Source: Mytilus californianus
Lineage: Eukaryota
Assembly: GCF_021869535.1 (NCBI RefSeq)
Contig: NW_026262701.1
Coordinates: 37,696,001-37,760,000 of the forward strand
Direction: 5' to 3'
DNA length: 64,000 nt
Both the position numbers and the translations under genes were made by a program. Under the pieces are notes generated by a model that saw only the letters and a list, made by a program, of their open reading frames with translations, did no database searches and was not told the origin of the DNA. Numbering within the stretch: position 1 is the first letter of the stretch; each line of letters opens with the position of its first letter. This document shows positions 50,792 through 63,726 of the stretch, piece after piece.

Positions 50792-53700
50792 CAGAGGTGT
50801 TTACCTCTAGTTTAGTCTATCAATATTTTTTTTAATGTTCTCAGTATTTTTAAGTGGTATCACCGATGAGCGTTGGAGGCGCGAAATTTTCTAGGGGGGT
50901 CTGGGGGCATTTTTTTGTAAAACTTAGATGCAAAATCCTGCATTCTGAAGGCTTTTAAAGTCATGTTTTGAAGATACCAAATATATAAATTAAATAGATT
51001 TTTTTTCTGAAATTCTCTGAAATTCCTCCAGTCAGGTTTACTAAAATAAAAAACTACTTTAAATGTTTAACTATTTTATTATTTTAATTTTTGGACAACA
51101 ATTTTTTAATAACACAAGTAGCTCTTGTTCAACTGTCATTTAGTAGACATTTTCTCTAATTTAACTCTTATGCAATAAAGGTAAATACAATAGAAACAAA
51201 TACATGATAATAATACTGAATGATGTTGAAAACAAAAGGTAGGATTGTAAACAAAAAAATTGAAATATCATTTAACTGTTCATTTCCTAAAAAAAATTGT
51301 TAATTATGGACGGAAAATTAAATAAAAGCATGAAATATATATGTAAAAAAAGTCATGATTACTGGGACTAGAGATGACTGTTCACAGACTCAACATAAAA
51401 CATTATAATAGAGGTAAAAGATAAAAAAATCTCGATAACTAAAAGTTAAAAAAGAATAATACATCATGACATGTCTTAAAAACATGTGACTATTCATTTC
51501 TTAAAAAACATACAGTAAAAAACGGACGGGAAAAAATATGAATACTCAACTATAACTCTGACATAACTGAATGACTAGAAATGACTATTCACAGACTAGA
51601 TACCTATAAAAAATCTCAATATAATAAGATCTTAGTCCAGATATAAAAAAAGTATCTTTTTATCAGGTTCAGATATAAGAACTACATGACTTTACAAATT
51701 AGCACAAGGACTTCATAAGTAGTCTAGTTTCTGTATTCATAGTAATCACTTTCATCTAAGAATCATGATCTTGTTAAAAAAACAGTACTTGTTATACAAA
51801 ATAAAATAAAAACTTGTGATACAATGTAGTTCCACTTGACATTGTTTTAACTCTTCCCATAAGTATTTACTGTACATGATTATTAATTTAAATGGTTGTA
51901 ATATGAACTTTTCAATTGATCCAAGGTTGCATTACTGTGTTTTCTGTTCAAATCACATGGATGACCTGGACGAGACTTAATGACAAGCAATGATTCTAAT
52001 GTTTTATCTCCTAATGTAGCCCTCTGATCAGTTCTATTCTTTCTGACAACTGAGAAAACCCTTTCGCAGTGAGCACTGCTGTGAGGTATGCATAATATCC
52101 CAAGCATGAACTCTGCAAGAAATTGAAGCATCAGACTACCACCTTCGTTTCTCAATTGAACAATGATTACCCATTTTTCATCAATTCGTTTACAATCTTC
52201 AACCAAAGATGCAATACCCTGACTTTGATAAAGTACAAATTGTTCCAATATAACATCTTTACTTGAACCTTCTGGTATCAAACAAGGAAACCTCTCAACA
52301 AAAAAATCAATGGATGACTGTTTTACGATTGACTGTATATCTGTATCTGCTTCTTCTGCGTGAAGCAAAACAGGTTCATTTAGAGGAAGATTTGCCTTGA
52401 TGTAGTTGCATGCATTGACAAAATACTGTCGTACAGCACTGAAAAACTCTTTTATACGGCTAACTCGTAAGTGGTTCTTTTCCTTGTTTCTAATGAATTC
52501 TTTGGCTGTATTTCCAATTACCAAATCGTTGTCCACTTTTTGGTTACATTGTTCCTTGTACATGACTTCATCCACTGATTTTCCTACCATAGCAGCAGGT
52601 TTAACAAACCTTGATAAAATGTTACGCATAACTGAATGTAATGATCCCCTTAACTTGTGAATTCGTTGATTTTCTGCTTGCAAGTTTTTTAGCACCTCAT
52701 CATAAACATTTATCGTATAGCTAAGGAACAAACAGTACAGCTTGTTAGTCGGCGATTTAACAAAGCTGAATATGGAATCAACTTTTTTTTCTGCATATGA
52801 TGGTTCAGATTTTTCCTTCTCACTTTTGCTTGTTTCTGATTTTTTTGCACCTTTTGCACCTTTCACAGCTTTAGCATCTTTCACAGCTTTAGCATCTTTT
52901 TTGGCTTTGGCATCTTTTTTGGCTTTGGCATCTTTTTTCTTTTCATTCTCCTTATAAAAGTAATCTTTTAAAGCATCCCAATTTAATAACAGTCTTTCAA
53001 TGCAACGACCTATACTGAGCCATCTTGTGCATACATGCTTCAACATTCTCTATTGCTCTAAATCGCACAGATCTTGAGACCCTTTGAATAGCAATTTTCT
53101 ACTATCACTTTTATCAAAGCAATAATAGATATCAATTAATACATCATCTATGCTTGGTAAGGCCTCTGCTGCCTTTTTGGCTGATATGTGTATCAGGTGT
53201 AAAACACATCCAGATAGAAAAACAGAAGGCTGTTTTTCTTTAACGTAGGCATATACCCCTTTGTGACGACCTGTCATTACACTTGCATTGTCTGATCCCA
53301 TAGATAGGCAATTGTCCCAGGTAACATTTCTATTACTTAAATCTTTATCCATTAGATTGAATATATTCTGACCAGTGGCAGCCTCTGAGCACACAGGAAT
53401 TGACAATAACTCAGAATGGACAAGTCCTGTCTCAGTGTCTTTAGTGCGGACAACTAATGTGTATTGTTTGCCAGTTGCATCATTTGATCCATCTGTACTG
53501 ACACTGAACGATGCAGACTTCAATCTTTCACTTAAAGAGTTTTGATTTATCCTTGCAATTGCAAGATCAAGAATAATGGCAGTAGCTTTGTTTCTGGCAC
53601 ACTTCATATCTGAAAAAAAAATTGAAAATTACTTTCTATTTGGCTATATTTGTGTAATTAATATTTACGATATTTGGTCTTGGATGGAGAGTTGACTCAT

Positions 53701-54786
53701 ACTACATCTTTTTATTTTCTAATAAAAACACCACAGTAAACATATATATTATATTAATCAGAAAACACAATTGGCCATGGGTAACACTTTCCCTAGAAAA
53801 TAGTTTGTTTACCCTCAAAACATATGACTGGCCTGTTCATTGGGGCAAAAATAGACAAAGTCCAAAAATGAAAAACATTTCGGCAGCACTTCCCTTAGTA
53901 AATAGCTATTTTAAATCCCCAAACCATATATTTCAGGCCAAAAGAGGGGTAATTAGAAAGAAAAATTAGCGGTGTGGGTCAGGTTCATTTATAAGACATG
54001 AAACCATGCACCATCTCTACTGACTCTAGCCTACTATAGAAAATTATACAAGAAACAAACCTTGAGCAATCTTTGAATCAGGAAACATTAGCTTGAAGGC
54101 TCTATTGAATATGTCAGCTGCAGTTATTGGCAAATTCAACTCAGCAATTATTTCACACATCATAACCTCAGCTCGAGTGACTGCCCGTTTATGGTCGGTT
54201 TCAACAGACTTCTGAGAGACAAAAGATGCCATAGACATATTTGTTTTTACCAAACTGTTCAATTCCTTGTGTGATTTTGAATCTACATGTCTTTTACAGT
54301 CATTCTTCCCGCCGTGCCCGCATGAAAAATCACACGAGCACACGGTACAGCGCACCATACATTCCCCACGTTTGAACGAGGTCAAACAAGGCCACATGTT
54401 TGAGTAAGATTCCTTGTATTTTTGGTTTGTTTGTCGTCTTTTCTTTGGGGTTTGTTCATCATCATCAGAGTACTGCTCAGCCGGAGCCGTGCGCTTTGTT
54501 GCAGCAGAAGCAGACATCTTTCCCAAACCAACTTTCGTTACCTTCTTTGAATGATCGGTAATACATTCCATTAATAAGAGATGTCCCGAAAACCGCAGAA
54601 ATTTCTATCTCAGACGCGTTTACTTTAATACATAACCACCGCTCATTCAAGCACTTTAAGGAGAGAAAAAAATAAATTTCTTGAAAAGAACCAGAAACCG
54701 TACTTCCGTGAATTAAATCCGTAGTCCGTATTTTGCATTTAAAATACGTGTAAAATACGGCAAATCCGTAGTGGTAAACACATTTG
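50792..54786 (-). mobile_element. Near full-length hAT-superfamily DNA transposon (~4 kb)
   Basis: Imperfect TIRs CAGAGGTGTTTACCTCTA (50792) and reverse complement CAAATGTGTTTACCACTA (ending 54786); clustered CCGTA/TACGG subterminal motifs at ~54700-54770; transposase inside. The TSD is only imperfect (gcatatg / cgatatg). Confidence 0.8.
51883..54571 (-). pseudogene. hAT transposase, two exons, one in-frame TAG at 53050-53052
   Basis: Exon 1 has a zinc-finger-like CTVC...KRH...H; phase-1 intron 54060-53610 (CAAG|gtttg...tttcag|ATATG) gives AQDMKCARNK; STDGSND, GSDNASVM, CVLH (CxxH), RWLS and HSSAHCERVFS are present; TAG AGA ATG continues in the same frame. Confidence 0.85.
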
Positions 54787-55385
54787 CGATATGGAAAAAC
54801 CAGGAACTTTTTGTCTAAATTAATAAAGAGCTTATTATATTTCTTTTCGCTGGAACTTGTATATTCCATGTGTTTAATATAGTTTACATTTACAAAATTG
54901 TATGTATCAAATCTTTTAGAGACTAAGTCAATAAGTGAAACAAATAAAGATTTGCAGAATGAAATATAACCGTAAAATATAAGACTAAACGGAAAGTGTA
55001 GTCGTACTTGTCTATTCTTAAAGTATGTACTTTGACGTCGATATGTATTTTGATTATTCATGTCGTTGGGTTGTTGTCTCATTTGCGTATACCCCAAATC
55101 TTGAGATTCAAAGTTTTTCTCGATCACTAACCTTTCATCGTACATGCTTGTCCATAAAATAACCAAGTAAACACAAATTCACAATCCGAGTAACAATATA
55201 ATTGTTCTATTAAAAGCAAATTGATCCTTGCTATCTACTTGGGTAACAGATGTTCGTAAAAACTAGTCTATAAAAAGGTGTGGCTTAAATCAAAATATTG
55301 TTTGTTTGCAGTTTACCAACCGACCTTCGAAAATCCAGATTCAGGCAGAGTTGCACATGAAATGATGTCTTCGATGATATCATTG

Positions 55386-56240
55386 ATGGTGCGTATTGCA
55401 TTTCCGCTAATTTTTCAAAGTTCCAATATTAATACTACGTTTCCGGAAACTTAAAGTATACGTTTCCAGAATTTGTATTTATTACTTTTCCGGAAATTTA
55501 CCTGGTAGTAAATTATTTATATTTGAATATATGTTAGATAAATTATTTATTTCATATTGTTATACAAAAAAGGTTCTGATCTTATATCTACAATATTCTA
55601 GATATAAAAAATGAAAGTTTCACCTTAGTGAAAGATGATGATGTTGGAATTGTTATATTTTTATGTTTCACCAACTTGAAATGTCTATGATCGTCTATGC
55701 AATGAAATAACTAATACTTTCATCGATGGCACAGTTAATTATTCAATACATTGGTGTAAAATGGTAACTACATTTCTCTTGTGTTTGCGCTACTTCCATT
55801 TTTATCAAAATGTGGGATCTGCCTATTGATGTGTGCACTTCCCGAAGACTAACTCTCCAGTCCGAGGTAGATCATATTGACTTTGAATGTGCAATGCATA
55901 CTGCTGTTACAAAAATTTCATGCTGCTACAATCAGTTGTTGCAGGTTTCATTTAGGACAAAGTTCAAGGTATTCCTTTAACTGGCCACCCGCTGATTGAT
56001 ACTTTGACACAAACGAAGTTTGTGTAGATAAGATTGAAATAACAGCAAAGGTCCAGATAAGATACTCCTTACTCTACTTATTTTCTCGAAAAAGTAATAA
56101 TTTATTTTTTCCGGAATCGTTACTATTTTCTCGGAAAAGTAAGGCATTTATTTCCGGAAACGTAGACTTTTTTTTGCGGAAATGTCATCTTTTTTTCCCG
56201 GAAAAGTAATGCCAATTTGCGGAAACGTAAAACGCCGCAT
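55386..56240. mobile_element. Degenerate TIR element with TTTCCGGAAA subterminal motifs
   Basis: atggtgcgtattgcatttccgctaatt vs aatttgcggaaacgtaaaacgccgcat; multiple tttccggaaa at both ends; TSD not resolved. Confidence 0.45.
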
Positions 56241-58438
56241 TGATGATGATGAAGCGGATATTCATAATACCGACACGATAACCGTTTCATTGGATACATA
56301 ATCTTTTTGAGCCTGACTTTATGGAACCAATTTCAGTGGTTTAACAATTTTACAGCAGCGTGAAGTATGTCATATTTTCTATGAATCAATGTAAAGACGA
56401 CAAAGACAAAACCACTCCTCCATGACTTCATGGATACCTGAAAACATGCCTGTATGGGAGGAAGGGCGCATTTGAAATGTTAATGGATAGTCAATGCCAA
56501 ATCAATAAGAAGCCACAAAAACTACACAAAGATGTAGAGCAAATAAATAGTTGGCTTGAATATAAATATACTCTCTGTATTATATCTATCTTTTATTGCA
56601 ACGAGTAATATGCTCCTTTACGGCTTTAGGATAAGGGGGCTTCCTAACTCATTGCAATTATTTTTCTCTCTTAACAATATTAGATATACTCAAACTGTGG
56701 CCTGTGTGAATTGAATTAAAAAATGTCCTTTGGAGATACATGTATGCTGCCAATATTTTGGTTTATGCAGTCAAAACATTTCAGTATAGACTATATACTT
56801 TTAAAGAGGTGCTATGGATTTCACCCCGAAGTCTAAATTTGTTTGGTTTTGATTAAAGCCTGGCATCAACATATCTTTCAAATTATAATCGTATTACATA
56901 TAATTAAATATTGTAAAAATATAAGAACAGTCAGATGTCTAATACTTTTTTTTAAGTTGCCTTTTTTTCAATTGAGGAAGATTCAATGGTTGATTTTTAT
57001 TTTATTGAAAACACTCGTACATTGTCTTATGAATTAATATCTACATTTGTCTGATGAAAATACTCAACTCAAGAAAACATTCTAGTCAAGAGGCATACAT
57101 ATATTTCAGTGAATATATTTTTTTAGAACAATTCTAGCCATTCCTTGTTTAAAAGTGTTCCAGTATTTAACAATACCATATTTTTATGTCATAAATTGGA
57201 TAATGGCACTATGTTGTGGTTTCAGTTTTGGTTAAAAAGTTTTTTATCTAAAAATGCCTGTTCATTTCATGTTGGTTTTCAATGTATGTTGTTTTAAATT
57301 AATTGTTTTTTCTTCACAAGAAACTTGGTTTGTGTAACTGCTTGTTTAACTTTATTATTTTAATTTATTTTTGGCTGATAAAATAAAATATTTTTCCTAC
57401 CTGCCGACCCTTTAGTCTGAAGGTACAGTCGGAAAACTGCAAACAAACATACTTTTAAGGTTGGCCTGTGCGATTATTTTTGTAAATCGACTCATTATTA
57501 TTATAGTCGCCATGATGTGGGTTCAAACAGTTAATGAGTCAGTCATGTCACTTCGAGCAAGGTTTGAACTTACAACCTCAGTGTTGACTGATATTAGGCA
57601 ATGTAGACGAACTACTAAGACTGTTTGGCAAACCGTCTCACCATTGACAGTAACACCAATGACGTACAGGTGTATTTTTAGATTTAGTTGCAAAATAAGT
57701 GCTCCATTCCCCTATTTTAAATGTTGTTCCTGGTGCATGTTTCTACAATCCGTATCTTTTCATAAATCAAAGTCGGAAAATGATTTTTCTAGGGGTACAC
57801 CATGTACACTAATTTCATTTACGATACATCTTTTACTTACTTTTAAAAATTTTCAATAATTTCCAACATAGATTTTTTTTTCGTCTGCATTACATGCTTA
57901 CCGGTAACATCGCTAGGGAGAAACTATTGAAAATGCTGAAATCTTGAGAAAGATAACTCTTACCCAACCAATTTGTCTTTTGGTTACACCAGTGACTTAA
58001 AAAATGAGAATCTTCATTTTGTTGAAAATTGTTATTATGAAACCAACATACACTTTCCAAATCATTAAAAAATGTTTGTTTATAACAAAATGCAATAAAT
58101 AATGATAAATATTTCAGGTCTGAAAGGTACTATAGAAAAAAAATAACAGTTAATTCTGGCTATATCCAAGGGTTTCAGAAAACATTAAGAATGTTTTTAT
58201 AACATTTCATACTGTAAACTGTATATAGTGTATCACAAAACATTCATATCTAACACATACAAGTGTTGTTTTGATATATTTTCATGTCCGTGACTTAGAA
58301 AGACAAAATAACATATTTGCATTTTTTTTTTATAATGACCCATATACGGAATTATTTCAGTACATATGTAATAACATATACGTTATGATACAGACACGCA
58401 TATTTTACCCTGATACCGCGCAATAATTATTTTCTAAG

Positions 58439-58577
58439 TGTCGGATAATTGGGCTGTCGGAGCAATGGGTTGTCGGATTATTCAGTGGGTTGTCGGACTA
58501 ATGGGTTGTCGGACAAATAGGCTGTCGGTCCAATGGGCCGTCGGACTAATGATCTGTCGGAATAATGGCGTGTAACC
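58439..58577. repeat. ~17-bp TGTCGG tandem repeat x~8 (shorter copy at 44849-44903), probably a transposon subterminal array
   Basis: TGTCGGA..AATGGG units at both loci. Confidence 0.75.
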
Positions 58578-58584
58578 GATTCAA

Positions 58585-59243
58585 CATATGTAAGAAAGAG
58601 CTGTGCCATGAGAGCACCTTTTAGTTCGTCTTTATGCTTCAAATGAATCTATATGATCAGCTAGAATTACGGTAAGCACTGCTGAAATAGACCCCCCCCC
58701 CCCCCCATAAAAAAGGGGGAAAAGACATGCACACACGCAGTGTTACCCATTGACACAAAACGAAGATTTTTCAACGAAAAAAATCCGAATTGTCATATCA
58801 GAAATTTATATAAAAAAAGAGCTTATTTCAATAGATATAATCAAGTCGCCAAAAGTTTCATGAAGACTGCCCAAACCGTTTTTGAGTTATTGTCCAAAAC
58901 GGTTAGTCAGAAAAATCGAAAGTGAAATTGTGTCAATATATATATATAAACAATTCACCAAAGTTTCATGAAAATTGCTCAAAGCGTTTTTGAGTTATAG
59001 TCAGAAAACTGGAAAATCCCCAATTTTTTATGATTAAAATTCCATAAATCGGAAACATAAAATCTAAAATTTATAAATATCGACAGGGAGCTTACGTTAA
59101 CAGAAATAAACAATTCACCAAAGTATCATGAACATTGGTGAAAGCGTTTTTTAGTTATTGTCCGAAGTGTTGACGACACACGGATGGACGAACAACGGTA
59201 TACTATAATACGTCCCGTATTTAAAGACGTACGTATAAAAAAA
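58585..59243 (+). mobile_element. Non-autonomous interspersed repeat with an internal (GGAC)n-like tract (similar architecture at 40586-40810)
   Basis: aagagctgtgccatg start; gacacacggatggacgaac tract; terminal tacgtcccg...gacgtacgtataaaaa hairpin-like end. Confidence 0.45.
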
Positions 59244-60998
59244 CCTCATCATTGAATAAAGGATTAAAATTAAGTACGTCAGACGCGCGTGAAATTTCAC
59301 ACAAAGTTGACGACCATGACAAAAGTGTGGTATCTATATGTAAAAAGTGGAGTCGAAGAAGTTGTATACGTTCTAAACAATGAAAAGTCGCATATACAAA
59401 AGATTAGAAATAAATTATAAAGGTGTCCGTAGAACTAGATATCAACTTTTGTCTGGCCTTTATTAACTAATCAGGGATTACTAAAACGCCGTGTAGGATT
59501 ACATTGTATTTCAATCAAGGTATTGTGTTTGGATCTATTGGTTACAATCAAACGGCGCAGCCAGATAACATGGTATTCAGAATTAAGAGTATGGCTAATC
59601 CTGATCGGTCGATATGTGCACCCGTTATTTTTTATTATTAGAGACTTCGTGTACTTTGCATTATACCAAAGGCAAAATAATACATTTTCCTCAGCCCTAA
59701 CGGATCTGAGATGTCTTTTCTACGCTAGGATGTGATACGTGTTTTTAAGTGCAGAATTGATAGGCAAGGGAGATAAGTACAATTTACGTTAAGAAAAGCC
59801 ACGGGAACCTATATGTTTTGGACCAAAAAATACCGTCCGAATAATTTATCTTTAATTGTAGCAAAGTTTCGTTAAAAAAATCAACTTTCTAAAGTCTGTA
59901 TCTCGAAAAGGCCATCATTGTCGCCTATTGGGAAATTAATTGTTTTTTGCAATCTACAAGTGTAGTTGTTTAAAGTTTAATGTCCCACGTAAATGCATCA
60001 GACACTTAAATTCAATTAACGATATCCGTTTCAATATGAATAAGCGTGGGTAGTATTGCAGCGTGATAATAGCTTTTCTAAAAGCTTGTAATTGTAAAAG
60101 TAATAGCTTTTCTAAAATGCTTGCTTTATCAATCCGATATCAAACAGTTTTTGGGGACAAGCAAAAAAAAAATTAAAGAATGCATTCAATTAGCGGACAT
60201 GTTTAAATTATTATAGTTAGCGCCCATTGCGTTGCAGTTAAGCAAACATTTCATCATGGTAATTGCAAAGTAATAGCTTGACTAAAACACTGTACAAATA
60301 ATTGCTGTTTTAAAAAGCTTACGGGCGCAAAACAAGTAGCTTCTGGAAATAGCTTGTCCTGGCAAAGTTTATTGTATTCAAAGAAAATTATTGCATCCAT
60401 AATTCAATAAGGAAAACAATATTCGAAGTTTCTTTTTTCTTATTTTGGGGTCAGAGGAAACCATGAAAAATCAGGCAATTTCTAAATCACCTGCAGTTTT
60501 ATCCTTTTGCCATTTCGATATAGATTTGTTACCAATTAGTAGGTGTTCCTATAAGTTTTTTTCATTGGACGTTTTTATTGATGTACATTTTGATTGTTTG
60601 ATTTTTACGTATATTGTTACACTCGAAGTGTTGCTCTTTCGATGATATTAGTTTTAGTTTTTGATACCATCAAGGGAGGGGGTACTCAAAAAGAGAGGTA
60701 TGATAAGTTAGAGTAATTGTTGGCACCATTCAAATTCACACAAAATGTCATGGGAGTTCGAGGTTTAGTGAAAATACTACCCGAGAATATTACTAGACAA
60801 TTAGTCAGCTACTACTCTTCGCATGATCATTCTCTATAAATGTTAAAATTTCAAAATATTCGGAATAATAAGGTTTTTACCCCAAGGCATAGACGATCTT
60901 AGCCATATTTGTCAAAGCTCTTCAGAATTTTTGGTTTTCAATGCATTTCATCTTTAATATATTAGGTTTTCCAACTGACAGTGTGTTGATTTTCTAGT

Positions 60999-61037
60999 CC
61001 CACTGATGGATCTGTTTTAGACGAAACGCGCGTTTGT
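60999..61037 (+). ncRNA. Mutated hammerhead ribozyme in a pLTR-like fragment (~60850-61085)
   Basis: CUGAUGG-AUCU(GUUUU)AGAC-GAAA-CGCGCGU; perfect palindrome ACGCGCGU, but core A9 and the first stem II base are altered (AG to GA). Confidence 0.6.
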
Positions 61038-62670
61038 TGTATCAAATTATATAAACCTAGCTTGTATCTATGATCATGGTGAGTTTTAAAGCACCTTTAC
61101 ATTTTTTAGAACTCGGTACAATATCACTTTCAAAAGATGGTAGATTTATTTAGGGACTATTTGTACCTTACATATGCAGGATTATAAATATATATTAATT
61201 AATTTAATATTTCATTTCAATGTGAAAATGTGGTACGACATCATAGTGTTGTGTTTGTGTATGTAAATGTCATACTGCCCATTAAATATTGATTGCTTAC
61301 GGTATTTTTAATATTTCTGCATAGTATAACATTTTTAACTTCTTCGTGTCATTTATATTGTATATGTATGCTTCAATGTAATGATCTGCTTTGTGTAGCT
61401 CTTGTGTATGTAGTATGTTTGCTTTGTTTTAAACGTGCATGTTTTAAATGTTTTGTTTGTAATAAGACGATATAAAAGCTCAATAGAGCTTTTGTTTTCT
61501 GTATACTGATATTCGTCTATAACTTGAACTAAGTTTCCTTAATTGTGTTATATTAGAATTTTGTCTTTGGCAATTCATGATAAATTTACAAATTGCCAAA
61601 GGCAAAATTTGATATAACAATTGTATTAATACATATACTTTTAAACAACACAAATAACGCACCCCATCTTACCATATGCATATTAGTTTCACAATTTCAT
61701 GTTTTTGCTACAAATTTGTAGAAATATATTATATTTTAACCTTCAAATTAATTCAGAGCGTACAGAGAAATTTTCAATTTAGTGGCGACAAATGAAGACC
61801 TCAAATGTAAAAATTCAAAAGTCTGAGATAAATCAATTCCAGATTTGTCATTAGACAAGAACTGGATTATGAAACTGAAAACCAAATTTATTTTCGTTGC
61901 TTTCTGGTGAAAAGTTACACACGACTTTAGCTTTCATAAATTTGGCAACATTTTTTTTTTTTAGCTTTTTGGTAAAACTTGAAAAATGTGGTTTATTTTT
62001 AGTTAAGAAAATTCTCATTTTTACAGAATTTGGTGTTTAAGACTTGAAAAACGTTGCGTCAAAATTTTAACTCATTTCAATGACTTTTAAAAAAAGTAAT
62101 ATGCAATAAAAACAGTTAATTACTTCAAAGAAACTAATGGAGGCGGTGCGTTCTTTTGCAGTTGAGTCTATATTATTTTCATCCTCTTTATTTGTAGCAA
62201 ATGCTTTGTTGTAAAATGATATAGAATACAACTTGAAATTTTTAAACTGGTAGATATGTCATATTTTATTAGGTGCTCTGGTACTTCACCGCACAGTTTG
62301 TACTGAAATTTACGTTTATACATCTATGGTGTGACTATCGTAGAGAATTTACAGTTGTTCTATAAATAGATTCAGATAACAAGATAACCACAAAGCCTCC
62401 ATTTACATACAATTATAGTGTGTGTACCTGGTGAAATTTTGTTTGTTTATACACAATGTGAGACATTTTAAAAGACGGCAGGTTTGTATACTTTCTAATT
62501 TTATATATATGTATAGAAATTTGTTTTGCATGCACACGTATAAAAATTGCGGTTTTTATCCACCGCAATCATAGGTTTGAACGTTGATTTCAATTTAGAC
62601 TTATATATAAATATATATAACAGCCCAACAATGTTAGATCTGTAAATTTGCGGAAGCAAATTTTTTGTTC

Positions 62671-62753
62671 TTCGAACTCATGCCACTGAGATATCGTGCC
62701 ACCAAATCGCCTTGAACTATGCCCGACGCGCTAGTCCACTCGACCACCTAGGC
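62671..62753 (-). ncRNA. tRNA-derived (Leu/Ser-like) Pol III cassette, 3'-truncated; not a functional tRNA
   Basis: A-box TGGTCGAGTGG (62746-62736) and B-box GAGTTCGAA (62679-62671) with ~55-nt spacing; the 3' T-arm and acceptor strand are missing. Confidence 0.55.
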
Positions 62754-63684
62754 TCGACAAAAATTAAGCTTTCGGTGGCCGGATGTTACCTTTCCTCGTC
62801 AATGTTTATCTAGCGTCGTAACGCAGTACATGATATATAAGGCATGAAGATGGAATATTGCAGATCAGCTGAATTATCTATCCAGTAGAGGATTTTACAT
62901 ATTAATGTAGGATGCAGTCACAGAAATAGTTATATTATAAGTACGTCTGAACCACTGACAACTCTACGACAGATTTTATCCATCGGATCACCAGTGATGG
63001 TGATACAAGGCTGAAAATACATTCTGTTTACATGAGTTTAAGAACATCCGTTGCTCGACCTGCTTGTCAAATGCGTTTTGTTAAAATATACTTTTTCACT
63101 CTTTTGGTCTTTTGGAAAATGTTGTTTGTGCTGTATTTAGACCCCTCTACCAAGAAATTTGATTTGTATGCACACGTATAAAAATTGCGGTTTTTATCCA
63201 ACGCAATCATAGGTTTGAACGTTGTTTTCAATTTAGACTTGTTCATATACATATATATATTATTTTTAATTAAGATCCATTTATTACACCTTGTGATCCG
63301 TTTATTGGGCAATCGCCAATGGCAGTCAGCAGGTTTAAGAACATTTGTTGTTCGACCTGTAAGTCAAATGCGTTTTGTTAAAATATACTTTTTTACTTTT
63401 TTGGTCTGTTGGAAAATGTTGTTTGTGCTGTATTTAGACCCCTCTAACAAGAAATTTGTTTTTGCATGCACACGTATAAAAATTGCGGTTTTTATCCAAC
63501 GCAATCATAGGTTTGAACGTTGTTTTCAATTTAGACTTGTTTATATTTTTTCGTTTGGGCTTGTATTATATTTGCCTTCGGGTTTATATGATCCGTTCAT
63601 CCTTATTTGACTCCTCAAAATTCGAGAGTCTATCCTAAATTGAGGTAAATTACTTGGCCTTCCAAATACTGTTTCGATTCCTAA

Positions 63685-63726
63685 CATCACTGAAGAGACA
63701 TTAATTGTCGAAATACGGATATGGTG
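63685..63726 (+). ncRNA. Minimal type I hammerhead ribozyme, intact core
   Basis: CAUCA-CUGAAGA-GACA(UUAAU)UGUC-GAAA-UACGGAU-A-UGGUG; 5-bp stem I, 4-bp stem II, AUA triplet, imperfect palindrome AUACGGAU. Confidence 0.75.

Noticed and set aside
50863-50886. Hammerhead-like CCGATGA-GCGT..GCGC-GAAA
   Set aside because: U4 is not conserved, no stem I or helix III can be formed, and it matches the gagcg..ggaggcgcga motif common inside TIR elements.
54477-55166. 229-aa ORF upstream of the transposase
   Set aside because: It crosses the TIR and flanking repeats, is in a different frame from exon 1, and has no recognisable motifs.
62671-62753. Functional tRNA gene
   Set aside because: The 3' half of the T-arm and the acceptor stem are missing, and no clean anticodon arm can be folded.
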